From: Eledone cirrhosa
Lineage: Eukaryota
Direction: 5' to 3'
Length of the DNA: 64,000 bases
Assembly (NCBI GenBank): GCA_964016885.1
Contig: OZ024755.1
Location: 33,356,001 to 33,420,000, forward strand
This document shows positions 40,197 to 54,777 of this stretch, piece by piece. A program made the position numbers and the translations under genes. The notes beneath the pieces were generated by a model. That model did not search any database. It saw only the letters and a program-made list of their open reading frames with translations, and was not told the origin of the DNA. Each line of letters starts with the position of its first letter. Position 1 is the stretch's first letter.

Positions 40197-40995
40197 CCCT
40201 TTAGCATTTACATTACTCTATATATACTATTGTATTTTTGCAGTAAAAGCTTTACCTCACATAATATCTCATATAGTATCAAATCTATGAATTTTCAGAA
40301 CAATACCTCAACATCAGTATGAGTGGCCAGTTACAGCTGGTTTGAACAGAAAGAAGTGAGAGAATTCTAGCCAGATACAGCCAGTTTGAACAGAAAGAGG
40401 TGAGAGAATTCTGGCCAGATACAGCCAGTTTGAACAGAAAGAGGTGAGAGAATTCTGGCCAGATACAGCCAGTTTGAACAGAAAGAGGTGAGAGAATTCT
40501 GGCCAGATACAGCCAGTTTGAACAGAAAGAGGTGAGGGATTCTGGCCAGATACAGCCAGTTTGAACAGAAAGAAGTGAGGGAATTCTAGCCAGATACAGC
40601 CAGTTTGAACAGAAAGAGGTAAGGGATTCTGGCCAGATACAGCCAGTTTGAACAGAAAGAAGTGAGGGAATTCTGGCCAGATACAGCCAGTTTGAACAGA
40701 AAGAGGTTAGAGAATTCTGGCCGGATACAGCCAGTTTGAACAGAAAGAAGTGAGGGAATTCTGGCCAGATACAGCCAGTTTGAACAGAAAGAGGTTAGAG
40801 AATTCTGGCCGGATACAGCCAGTTTGAACAGAAAGAAGTGAGAGAATTCTGGCCAGATACAGCCAGTTTGAACAGAAAGAGGTTAGAGAATTCTGGCCGG
40901 ATACAGCCAGTTTGAACAGAAAGAAGTGAGGGATTCTGGCCAGATACAGCCAGTTTGAACAGAAAGAGGTGAGAGAATTCTGGCCGGATACAACG
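40197..40995. mobile_element. piggyBac-like MITE (family 1) whose subterminal 44 bp is amplified about 15 times (40326-40990)
   Basis: The left TTAA-TIR is intact. Unit gccagatacagccagtttgaacagaaagaggtgagagaattctg is single-copy in the other MITEs. Confidence 0.9.
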
Positions 40996-41334
40996 GGATT
41001 AAGACTGAAGAATAATTAGAGCATAGCTTTCAATTATTTGTTTATTTGCTTTGTTATTTTTTGTACCATTTTTTTAACATTGGAAAAATATTATTGAATG
41101 ATTTCTTAAAGTGGTTCAGTATATTTTATTATTTGCATATGAAAAATTAAGTTAAATTATTTTTTTATAACAGTAAACATTAAATGGGAATAGCCTATAT
41201 TTTTCTATCTAGATCAACAAAGATAAGCAAGTATAATGTTGAATGATTGGAAATGTTTTTTTTAGCTAACAACCATTGGAACAGTTGTTTAATTTTACTC
41301 ATTCTTCCCTCATGGGCTCCTTCGCAACAGCAAT

Positions 41335-42096
41335 GAAAAACAAAGCCTAAAGAAATTATTCAAACACTACAACTTCACGGTCTGACATGGAATGATGCAG
41401 TATCGAAGGCGCTGCTGACACTACGATCGACACCCCACAGTGCGACCGAAGTGACACCGGCAGAACTGTTCTTAGGTTGACCCTTGTGCACTAAATTAAG
41501 CGCTGCCCCCTTAGATGCCACCACATGTGCTCAGTCGTCGGATATTGAGGCTAAAGCAAAATTGTCTAGATACCAAGCATCTTATAGCAAAAAGACAAAA
41601 TCTCTGAAAGTCGGTCAAAATGTGCATGCAAGAGAGAATAGTACAGTAAAAGGAAGACCGAAATTATCACCACCACTCAAAATAGTCGACTGCATTGGTC
41701 CTCACACATACCGACTAGAAAATGGACGAATATACAAGAGTCGCCAGTTTTTTTCAAGCTTAAAGCTTTAAAAAGAGGGGAGAAAATGTTGTGTCTACAT
41801 TAATGCTTCTCTCCTATTCTCACCTATCCATATTTATTCCCTTTCTTTCATTACGCGTAACACGTTCCAGCCACTTATTGGCCACTCATCGGCCAATCAC
41901 ACAGTCTTCATATTGATTGGTTCACCCATCCAATAAGACCTTGGACTCACTGTGCGCGCACACACATGTGAACGTGACAGTACATCGCGCTTTGCTTGTG
42001 GCTCCATGCCATCCTGCGTACAGTTATACGTACGTTGTTTAATACAACTTCCTACCGTCTTTACACTTGTTCTTACTTGGGAATCTGTTCACAACA
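41335..42096 (+). mobile_element. Gypsy-type LTR retrotransposon 3' remnant: integrase C-terminus, PPT and 3' LTR
   Basis: WNDAVSKALLTLRSTPHSATEVTPAELFLG and LKVGQNV...PLKIVDCIGPHTYRL. PPT AAAAAGAGGGGAGAAAA at 41770-41786. LTR 41787-42096 is bounded by TGTTGTG...CACAACA. Confidence 0.8.
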
Positions 42097-42404
42097 CACA
42101 TGTTGCCTATGGAATTTTCTTCCAGTTTTTTGGCTTTCCTGACCACTAAAATTTCTTAAAAGGAAAATCAATTATCATCTTTTCTCTCCTCTAATTCTAT
42201 TTTCTATCTTGTGCTTCACCCTTCCCAGTAGACTCTTGTATTTTGGTGGGTTTATTGCCTTGCGTGGGGTGAGCTAAAAAACCCCATTAAATTTATAGAC
42301 TTTTGATGAATGGTCAGGCTAGTTATTGGATTTTTCTGTTGCTACAATTTGTGTCAGGGTTAAAAATAGTTAACTAAATCATGGCATTATTAAAAGTATT
42401 AAAG

Positions 42405-42600
42405 GGCGGGGAATTGGCAGTGTTGATAGAGGGTTGGAGGCCCTTTATGATCTGTGTTCAAATTGCGCCGAGGTTAACTTTGCCTTTCATCCTTACGGGG
42501 TCGATAAAATAAAGTACCAGTCACACAAGGGGGTCGATTTAATCAACTTTCCCTTCCCCCCAAAATTACTGGCCTTGTGCTATACTAGAAGTCATTATTA
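42405..42600 (+). mobile_element. SINE family B
   Basis: gggcggggaattggcag...gaggttaactttgcctttcatccttacggggtcgataaaataaagtaccag. Confidence 0.8.
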
Positions 42601-43499
42601 AGAGTATTAAGTTTCAATGTAAATTAATATGTAATCAAATCTAATATTTACATTTTTGCTATAAACCTTTGATTTGACTTTCGAAATTGTTTGAGATCTT
42701 AAAGAAATTAACCCTAGTGATTTCTTTACAAACTGTGTCCAGCATTAGGGTGTTTTGGGGACTCTTTATGTAATCTAATTTCAACAGCAGTAGATGTGTA
42801 TTTTTGATAAACATTATAGACTCATGAATGAAGAGTGTACAGCAGCTTGAAATAAATTATAAGAATGCCATTTTATTTTATTTTTAGGTATCATCCCACT
42901 CATTTTCAGAGCGTGGTGGGTGCTTTAAAATAATCTCATGCTAATGTGTTAGAACGACCTGACTGGAAGGAAGACATTGGGATTTGGTTGACATTTCCCA
43001 TTAATAATATTTTAACCTGTTGCTGCTACAAAGCAGTCTACCATGTTACAATTATTTTTCACCTAGTTTGTTGACTTGACACACACAAGAAGAAAAATAA
43101 CTAAAAAACAATTTCAACTTTGGCTTCAATTTCTATGGAGACACAAATATAACCACATTCAACTTTTATGCCATTAATCACATTTCAAGTATTACTATCT
43201 TTAACAGGCAAGCATCAATAGTTCAAAATATGGAAGCAGTAAAGAATTACAGTACAGAAAAGTATAGGTAGAGATTACTTATAAATATTCTATGCTTCTA
43301 AAATATGGTTACCTCCTCAGCTTGATTGAATATTTTCTGTTAGATTAACTTAGATCATCCAAGTTGTTGAGTCTCAAGAAAAACCTTAAGAAGATGTGCA
43401 ACATATCCACTAGTTTTAGGGACCCTCAATTATTCTTCAGATGGTAAAGCAATTCTAGTTCCATGGGACCTTACTTTATATTAACTACAGCTCACTTTG

Positions 43500-44070
43500 A
43501 AGCACCAAATTCCATTCCTATATTCTGACTACATCTATCGGCTGGTAATACTCGCAATTCTATATTGAAGGGAAACATGGATGCTTTTTATCCAAACAAC
43601 AAAAGTGCCTTGTTGGCACCTACATTCACCTACTTTGACATATTCAGAACAAAAGCTGGCAACATCTGACTTTGAGAGAGATATATGCCGGCCTCCCACG
43701 TATATCTGACGTTGTACGTAAAAGGAGAGTAAGATTTGCTGGCCACTGCCATAGTGCCACCTCTGAGGCTGTGTCCCCATTAGTGCTTTAGAAACCACAA
43801 GCAGTCACTAATAACAAGGGGTCACAAGCTCTCCTATCCCAATTTGCTGGCCACTGCCATCGTGCCACCTATGAGGCTGTGTCCCCATTAGTGCTTTAGA
43901 AACCACAAGCAGTCACTAATAACAGGGGGCACAAGCTCTCCTACCCCAATGTCATCTCCAGAGATTCTGGTATTGAAATCCAGGACTTGGCAATGGCAAT
44001 GAACGACAGACCCACATGGAGATCAATTGTTGAGTCTATTTCAGCTGAGGCCGCCAGTTGATGATGAGAT
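43500..44070 (+). pseudogene. 3' fragment of a different RTE-clade LINE with an internal 109-bp tandem duplication
   Basis: LPRISDVVRKRRVRFAGHC...YPNVISRDSGIEIQDLAMAMNDRPTWRSIV, then a (GAT) tail. 43733-43841 is duplicated at 43842-43950. Confidence 0.75.
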
Positions 44071-44972
44071 GTCTCAGATTTTTCAAACAAATTTAAATCA
44101 TCGAGAAACAACAACAGCTTTAAGGATTGGTTATGAATATAATTCTCAAACATATACCCCATACTCATCTTTCTACAACATCGGTATAAGAGGGGAGCTA
44201 TTGTAGGGTTGTTCTTCCTGCTAGACATAGGACTTAATGAGCCTCGGAGAGGAGCCAATGTATGATTGCTTATAGTGTTAGAAATAGGAGTTAATGAGCT
44301 TCCGAGAGGAACCATTTTATAGATGCTCATACTGCTAGAATTAGGAATTAATGAACCTAGGTGGGGGAGCCATTGTATGATTACTCATCCTGCTAAACAC
44401 AGGAGTTACCAAATCTCTTTGAAATCACACCTTAGCATCTTAAAACATAAATGAGACATACAATATAGTCATAGGTATACAAAAATACAGGGATGTTCAT
44501 GGTAGGAACACTTTTCATCATAGATCTGATGGATCAGTTCTGATTTGGAGTTTGAAAACTACAGCAACAACATCAACAACAAAGTAGTGAGAATGCTTGT
44601 TGATACATTTATAAATTATTGTCATTTCTTTTAACCATTTCTATAAAAGATATTGGTTTAACAATGATATAGTTTTTAGTCTTAATATTTTGAAGACTTC
44701 TTATATTAACTCAAGCATTCAAACCATTTTCTTCTTTTTATTTACCCTTTGCTTGCTGCTTTCTTTCTATTCTATATTCACACATCTCACCATTTCTTTA
44801 GCTATTGATAGATTTTGGCTTCTGGCAATGCCTAGTTCTTCAATATTGTCTACTGTTGACATTTATATTCTTACTCTTCGGTAATGGCCATATTCTTAAC
44901 ATCCTGCTGACCAGTTACAGCCATCAAATCATTTACATAAATAACTTTTGTACAAGAATTTTCCTGATATAT

Positions 44973-45300
44973 ATCATCATTATCACCATCGTTTAACGTC
45001 CATCTTCCACGCTTGCATGGGTTTGGACGGGAGTTTTCCCACTTGAGGCAAGATTGGTTGTCCTGCTCACATAGGACTGTCTGGCGGGTTTTCTACGGCT
45101 GGGTGCCCTTCCTAACACCAACCACGTTTACAGTGTGGACGGGGAAGTTTTTACTGTGTTACCTACACGGCCACATTACAGCGTGGACTGTGTGTTTTTT
45201 GTCGTGGCACCTACACGACTTCATTTGTTTCGGACTGGATGTTGTGGTACCAACATAACTTCACATTGAAGGGGGTGGTGTGGATGGGGTGGGGGTAGTG
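44973..45300 (-). mobile_element. RTE 3' UTR fragment
   Basis: Homologous to 19493-19850. Confidence 0.85.
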
Positions 45301-45647
45301 GGTGATGTGTTATGTCGTTGAGCAAGGCACTTTATTTCATGTTGCTGCTTCTACCTGGAGTTGCACCCGATAGATAGTATTAGCAATTGGAAAGACCAAT
45401 GGAAACATTGTTTCCTTGGTCCAATCTGACGAGCTCCACCCCACTCTTTATGCGAATGAGGTCTGGGATCTTGTCAATCGAATGTCAACATATATATATA
45501 GATATATATATTAGAAAGTGAGGTTTTTTTTACAAATTGAAAAATAACCGAGGTGTCCTACACGAGTGAAAGTATAAAGAAAAAGAGATGAAATCGAAAA
45601 TGCAACTGGAGTCTTATTTTTTTTTAAAATATATATATTTATTTGGT

Positions 45648-45687
45648 TCCTTTACCGGTTTCGCAGTTCTTCTGCTTTTCAAAAGTA
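45648..45687 (-). ncRNA. Decayed minimal hammerhead-like motif
   Basis: Minus strand: TACTT-TTGAAAA-GCAG-AAGAA-CTGC-GAAA-CCGG-TA-AAGGA. Stems II and III are intact; the core has two changes from CTGAAGA. Confidence 0.4.
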
Positions 45688-45728
45688 GAGTTGAGATGGA
45701 GGGTCTGTGGTTTTTCTCACATCTGATA

Positions 45729-45784
<56 letters not shown>

Positions 45785-45786
<2 letters not shown>

Positions 45787-46182
45787 AGACCCGCCTTACC
45801 TAAATACAAAGTAACAGTCAGTAGGCATCTCTAACAAAATACACCCCCGTCCCACCACCCCACCCCATCCACACCGCCCCTTTCAATGTAAAGTTATGTT
45901 GGTGCCACAAAATCCAGGCCGAAACAAATGAGATCGTGTAGGTGTCACAACAAAAAAAAACACACAGTCCACGCTGTAAATGTGGCCGTGTAGGCAACAT
46001 GGTAAAAACCTCCCAGCCCCACACTGTAAATGTGGTTGGTGTTAGGAAGGGCATCCAACTGTAGAAAACCCGCCAGACAGTCCTATGCGAGCAAGACAAC
46101 CACTCTTGCCTCAAGTGGGAAAACTCCCGTCCAAACCCATGCAAGCGTGGAACATGGACGTTAAACGATGATGATGATGATG
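45785..46182 (+). mobile_element. RTE 3' fragment, inverted relative to 44973-45300
   Basis: agaagacccgccttacctaaatac...ggtgttaggaagggcatcc...cgttaaac(GAT)n. Confidence 0.85.
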
Positions 46183-46886
46183 ATATATATATAGAGAGAG
46201 ATATAGATATATGCACACACACACATATCACATATATATATTTATATAAACATTATTCTCTCAGCATATCATAAGTTCGAAAGTTTGAGCTTTACACACA
46301 ATGTTTAATTCAGCTCCTTAATTTAGACAGTAAGATGTTGTCAGACATCCCTCAGGTCAATGGCTAGAGCTTTTAGCCAGTACCTGAGAGATACAAGGTT
46401 AAATCCCTCGCACTAACTGCTACCAATTTCTTTCTCCATCTCTAAGGGTCTTTACCCTATTTTATAAGCTATTTCATAGCAAGTGGCTGTCCTTGCAGTT
46501 ATTCTCTGTGATTCAACATCCTACAGGTTCTATAAATGTTAACATTAACACTTTTGATGATTTTTGGTGAATGATTCACATTGGAATTAATCACTGACTA
46601 AAACAAAGTGTTGTGTGTAGTGAGAGCAGTAAGTATAGAAGGTAATAAATTTGTTTCATCATCTTCAAAGATGGACATGCTTCATTGAAACCTGTCTTTG
46701 ACTTCGTTTTGATAATCTCAGGAGCGATATAACAGTGAGATGTAGTCAGAAGTAATTGTCTCACATAGTCTATATTGTTTGTTTACAATGGCCATTACTC
46801 GTCTGTTATGCCAGCATGGTGGATAGTTAATTCTTAAACTTCTCTCACTTTCTCCCCCCCCCCCCCCCCCACCTCTATAGTCTCAC

Positions 46887-46945
<59 letters not shown>

Positions 46946-46983
46946 ATATATATATATACACACACACATATATATATATATAT

Positions 46984-47022
<39 letters not shown>

Positions 47023-47277
47023 CATACACATATATATATACATACATACATACACATATATATATATATACATACATACATATATATATATACATACATA
47101 CATACATACACGTATATATATGTATATATACATACACATATATATATATACAAACACATACATATATACATACATACATACATATATACATACATACATA
47201 CATACATATATACATACATATATATATATATATACATACACATACATATATATACACATACTTATATATACATACAT

Positions 47278-47620
47278 GGAGGCACATGGCTTAGTGGTTA
47301 GAGCATTGGCCTTGCAATCGAAAGGTTGTGAGTTCAATTCTCAGACCGGGTGATGTGTTGTTTCCTTGAGCAAGACACTTTATTTCACATTGCTCCAGTT
47401 TACTCAGCTGTAGAAATAAGATGATAGGGACTGGGGTCCCTATCATTCCACTGCAAAGTGGTCGTGGAGGCGCCACGGCAAAAAAGCACCCAGCACTCAC
47501 TGTAATGAGGTTGGTGTTAGGAAGGGCATCCAGCTGTAGAAATCAAGCCAGAATCAGTTCCCGTCCCACCCTTGCAAGCAGGGAAAAGCAGACGTAAAAT
47601 GAAATGAATGAAATGATGAT
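47278..47620 (+). mobile_element. SINE family A, full length
   Basis: Collinear with 12598-13045 and with 63714-64000 (minus). Confidence 0.85.
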
Positions 47621-47804
47621 ACATATACAAATATTCATAAATATACACACACACACATACAGACATATATACATACATACACACACACACACATATATAT
47701 ATATAGAGCCATCCATCGAGCTACCCTTCCATCATCTATCTATCTGGCCATCCATCCATCTGTTTATCTGTCTCTCTATCTGATAGACAAATTCTTTTTA
47801 TTTC

Positions 47805-47976
47805 ATCATCATCATCATCACCGTTTTACGTCCGTTCTTCCACGCTAGCATGGGTTAGATGGGTTGTCCTGTTGTGGGCAGTGTTTGGTCGGCTGACCAT
47901 GCCTTGCTCATACAGGAACTGATTTTGGCTTGATTTCTACAGCTGGATGCCCTTCCTAACACCAACCTCATTTACA
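47805..47976 (-). mobile_element. SINE family A 3' tail, fused to the 25-bp array
   Basis: Reverse complement of 12866-13045. Confidence 0.8.
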
Positions 47977-50541
47977 GCACCCTACCAATACTGCCAATCC
48001 AGCACCCTACCTATACTGCCAATCCAGCACCCTACACCGATACTGCCAATCCAGCACCCTACATATACTGCCAATCCAGCACCCTACCGATACTGCCAAT
48101 CCAGCACCCTACATATACTGCCAACCCAGCACCCTACCGATACTACCAATCCAGCACCCTACATATACTGCCAATCCAGCACCCTACCTATACTGCCAAT
48201 CCAGCACCCTACCTATACTGCCAATCCAGCACCCTACCAATACTGCCAATCCAGCACCCTACCTATACTGCCAATCCAGCACCCTACCTATACTGCCAAT
48301 CCAGCACCCTACCTATACTGCCAATCCAGCACCCTACCAATACTGCCAATCCAGCACCCTACCTATACTGCCAATCCAGCACCCTACCTATACTGCCAAT
48401 CCAGCACCCTACCTATACTGCCAATCCAGCACCCTACCTATACTGCCAATCCAGCACCCTACCTATACTGCCAATCCAGCACCCTACCTATACTACCAAT
48501 CCAGCACCCTACCTATACTGCCAATCCAGCACCCTACCTATACTGCCAATCCAGCACCCTACCTATACTGCCAATCCAGCACCCTACCTATACTGCCAAT
48601 CCAGCACCTACCTATACTGCCAATCCAGCACCCTACCTATACTGCCAATCCAGCACCCTACCTATACTGCCAATCCAGCACCCTACCTATACTGCCAATC
48701 CAGCACCTACCTATACTGCCAATCCAGCACCCTACCTATACTGCCAATCCAGCACCCTACCTATACTGCCAATCCAGCACCCTACACCGATACTGCCAAT
48801 CCAGCACCCTACCTATACTGCCAATCCAGCACCCTACCGATACTGCCAATCCAGCACCCTACCTATATTGCCAATCCAGCACCCTACCGATACTGCCAAT
48901 ACAGCACCCTACCTATACTGCCAATCCAGCACCCTACCAATACTGCCAATCCAGCACCCTACCAATACTGCCAATCCAGCACCCTACCAATACTGCCAAT
49001 CCAGCACCCTACCGATACTGCCAATCCAGCACCCTACCTATACTGCCAATCCAGCACCCTACCGACACTGCCAATCCAGCACCCTACCTATACTGCCAAT
49101 CCAGCACCCTACCGATACTGCCAATCCAGCACCCTACATATACTGCCAATCCAGCACCCTACCGATACTACCAATCCAGCACCCTACATATACTGCCAAT
49201 CCAGCACCCTACCTATACTGCCAATCCAGCACCCTACCTATACTGCCAATCCAGCACCCTACCTATACTGCCAATCCAGCACCCTACCTATACTGCCAAT
49301 CCAGCACCCTACCTATACTGCCAATCCAGCACCCTACACCGATACTGCCAATCCAGCACCCTACCTATACTGCCAATCCAGCACCCTACCTATACTGCCA
49401 ATCCAGCACCCTACCTATACTGCCAATCCAGCACCCTACCGATACTGCCAATCCAGCACCCTACCTATACTGCCAATCCAGCACCCTACCAATACTGCCA
49501 ATCCAGCACCCTACCAATACTGCCAATCCAGCACCCTACCGATACTGCCAATCCAGCACCCTACCTATACTGCCAATCCAGCACCCTACCGACACTGCCA
49601 ATCCAGCACCCTACCTATACTGCCAATCCAGCACCCTACCTATACTGCCAATCCAGCACCCTACCTATACTGCCAATCCAGCACCTACCTATACTGCCAA
49701 TCCAGCACCCTACCTATACTGCCAATCCAGCACCCTACCAATACTGCCAATCCAGCACCCTACCAATACTGCCAATCCAGCACCCTACCTATACTGCCAA
49801 TCCAGCACCCTACCTATACTGCCAATCCAGCACCTACCTATACTGCCAATCCAGCACCCTACCTATACTGCCAATCCAGCACCCTACCTATACTGCCAAT
49901 CCAGCACCTACCTATACTGCCAATCCAGCACCTACCTATACTGCCAATCCAGCACCCTACCTATACTGCCAATCCAGCACCCTACCAATACTGCCAATCC
50001 AGCACCCTACCTATACTGCCAATCCAGCACCCTACCGATACTGCCAATCCAGCACCCTACCTATACTGCCAATCCAGCACCCTACCAATACTGCCAATCC
50101 AGCACCCTACCAATACTGCCAATCCAGCACCCTACCTATACTGCCAATCCAGCACCCTACCTATACTGCCAATCCAGCACCCTACCTATACTGCCAATCC
50201 AGCACCCTACCTATACTGCCAATCCAGCACCCTACCAATACTGCCAATCCAGCACCCTACCTATACTGCCAATCCAGCACCCTACCGATACTGCCAATCC
50301 AGCACCCTACCTATACTGCCAATCCAGCACCCTACCTATACTGCCAATCCAGCACCCTACCTATACTGCCAATCCAGCACCTACCTATACTGCCAATCCA
50401 GCACCCTACCTATACTGCCAATCCAGCACCTACCTATACTGCCAATCCAGCACCCTACCTATACTGCCAATCCAGCACCCTACCTATACTACCAATCCAG
50501 CACCCTACCAATACTGCCAATCCAGCACCCTACCAATACTG
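47975..50541. repeat. 25-bp minisatellite, about 100 copies
   Basis: Unit ccctacc(t/g/a)atactgccaatccagca. Confidence 0.98.
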
Positions 50542-51672
50542 TTAATCCATAAAATGGTGATGAATAGGATACCTATTATTTACAATTTTAAAATTTTCTA
50601 TAATTTCTGAATTAAAATTCTTAGGCTGTTTTCCTGTAACTTCAGTTTTCACTATGATGGTCTTTCTATGTAACCAGCATGCCACAGTTTCACAAGAAAA
50701 TTTCAGGTGACATTTTAGAATGTTTATACTCATTTTAGTAATGACTGCAATTTTGTGCTGCATTTACTGACTGCTCTCAGTGCTATTTTTACTGTCTTTG
50801 AATTACCTGATCTTCTATTGTTGTAGTATGATTGACTATTACTAAAATACTGGCACCATTTAGCCTAATAGGTTTGATTTCTATGGACTCTTATCTTGAG
50901 TTGTTTGAAAAGAAAAAAGAAACCTCTTTGAAAATATCTGTATTAATGAATTCTAATACTGGCTTTTTGCCACAATAAGACATTTATTTGGGAGGTAGGT
51001 GTACTGTACTTGTTATATTGACCTTGGAAAATAAATGGTTAACTTCACTGCAACAGAATCGGAATTTAGTTCAGAAACTGATTAAGATAAATACAATAGG
51101 TAATTAATTCTACTCTCTATTGTCTTTGTCATTTTAATAAGCTCAGCTATTGTTTATTTTTACTATTACACATCACACATACATGTCTGTATATATACAC
51201 ATACATATATGGTGTTAAAGCACAAGCATAGCCACACAAACACACACACACATCCATATATGAACATATGTGGATTTTATTTACTTTTCTTATTATATTA
51301 TTGAGATGATGAAATTGTTGTTGCCTAAGTAAGGCATGATATCTTGAACCATTTTAGGAACCAGCTAAATGCTTCTTTTAGCTTTGCCAATGGTAAACTG
51401 CGAAGTGAGCACTGTGAGATAATAAAACAACCCTTAATTGTTGTAGTGTCTTCATCAGCTGCCTTCAGGGCTGGGGTAACCATTGTACAAATAAACATTT
51501 ATCCAAATTAAATGCATTTGTTATTCAAAAACAGAAAAAAGATGTTTATGCAGACTTTATATAAGAGGGGGAAAGAGGAAACCATTATCTATCAAGTTTT
51601 TATGGCCTTAAAATGACTTAATCAGAGCCTGGCTGCCAACAGTAATTTTACTGAAAAACAAAACTGGCTCGG

Positions 51673-52755
51673 CTACTGTAGCTGTGTAAAATATACACAG
51701 CAGTCAACACAGCAATTATAGGTGTGTAAAATTTACACGGCAGTCAACACAGCAACTATAGCTGTGTAAAATATACACGGCAGTCAACACAGCAACTGAA
51801 GCTGTGTAAAATATACCCAGCAGTCAACACAGCAACTGTAGCTGTGTAAAATATACCCAGCAGTCAACACAGCAACTGTAGCTGTGTAAAAAATATGCAG
51901 CAGTCAACACAGCAACTAAAGCTGTGTTAAATATACCCAGCAGTCAACACAGCAACTGTAGCTGTGTAAAATATACGCAGCAGTCAACACAGCAACTGTA
52001 GCTGTGTAAAATATACACGGCAGTCAACACAGCAACTGTAGCTGTGTAAGATATACATGGCAGTCAACACAGCAACTAAAGCTGTGTAAAATATACCCAG
52101 CAGTCAACACAGCAACTGTAGCTGTGTAAGATATACCCAGCAGTCAACACAGCAACTATAGCTGTGTAAGATATACCCAGCAGTCAACACAGCAACTATA
52201 GCTGTGTAAGGTATACCCAGCAGTCAACACAGCAACTATAGCTGTGTAAGATATACGCGGCAGTCAACACAGCAACTGTAGCTGTGTAAGATATATGCGG
52301 CAGTCAACACACCAACTATAGCTGTGTAAGATATACCCAGCAGTCAACACAGCAACTGTAGCTGTGTAAGATATACGCGGCAGTCAACACAGCAACTGTA
52401 GCTGTGTAAGATATACGCGGCAGTCAACACAGCAACTGTAGCTGTGTAAGATATACCCAGCAGTCAACACAGCAACTATAGCTGTGTAAGATATACGCGG
52501 CAGTCAACACAGCAACTGTAGCTGTGTAAGATATACGCGGCAGTCAACACACCAACTATAGCTGTGTAAGATATACACGGCAGTTAACACAGCAACTGTA
52601 GCAGTGTAAGGTATACACGGCAGTCAACACAGCAACTGTAGCTGTGTAAGATATACCCAGCAGTCAACACAGCAACTATAGCTGTGTAAGATATACGCGG
52701 CAGTCAACACAGCAACTGTAGCTGTGTAAGATATACGCGGCAGTCAACAGGTTAA
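51673..52755. repeat. 40-bp minisatellite, about 27 copies, internally palindromic
   Basis: Unit cagtcaacacagcaactgtagctgtgtaagatatacgcgg contains the inverted pair acacagc/gctgtgt. The array ends in cagtcaacaggTTAA. Confidence 0.95.
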
Positions 52756-53134
52756 TGATCTACAACTACATAATCCAAGGTATCCATCATTTTTCAAGAT
52801 AAAAGTACGTGATTCAGTGATGCCTGGCTGCTATTTCTAGCTAGTTAGTCGAGTGACCGGACAGATTCCTCTTGCCCTTGTCATCATTGTTAGAGTTGTT
52901 GTTGTTGAAGCTGGTTAGTGTTTGTATGTTGGAGGGGGGTGGGGGGGGGGGGGAGTAGGTGCTGCTGCTGCTGTATACTGTTACTAATAGTAATAGCTGT
53001 TACTAAGATAGAGACTAGTGTTGTTGTTGTGGTGGTGGTGGTGGTGGTGTCCAACAGTTCGTTGATTTTTATTACTTGGTGCTTAGTTTGCCAGCTCCTT
53101 TGATGATGGCTCCTTCATGAGTTTAGAGTAGCAC

Positions 53135-54760
<1,626 letters not shown>

Positions 54761-54777
54761 AGTTAGTAATAATAATA

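Noticed and set aside
42870-42990. Possible exon after a polypyrimidine-AG acceptor
   Set aside because: All frames close quickly, the peptide is unrecognisable and there is no clear donor.
45395-45470. Hammerhead from GGAAAC ... CTGACGAG
   Set aside because: The required stems cannot be formed around the core motifs.
46350-46430. tRNA-like or SINE head remnant
   Set aside because: Too degenerate, with no second copy in the window to support it.
47947-50610. 887-aa ORF
   Set aside because: It is a stop-free read-through of a 25-bp repeat that cycles through all frames, and it starts inside a SINE tail.
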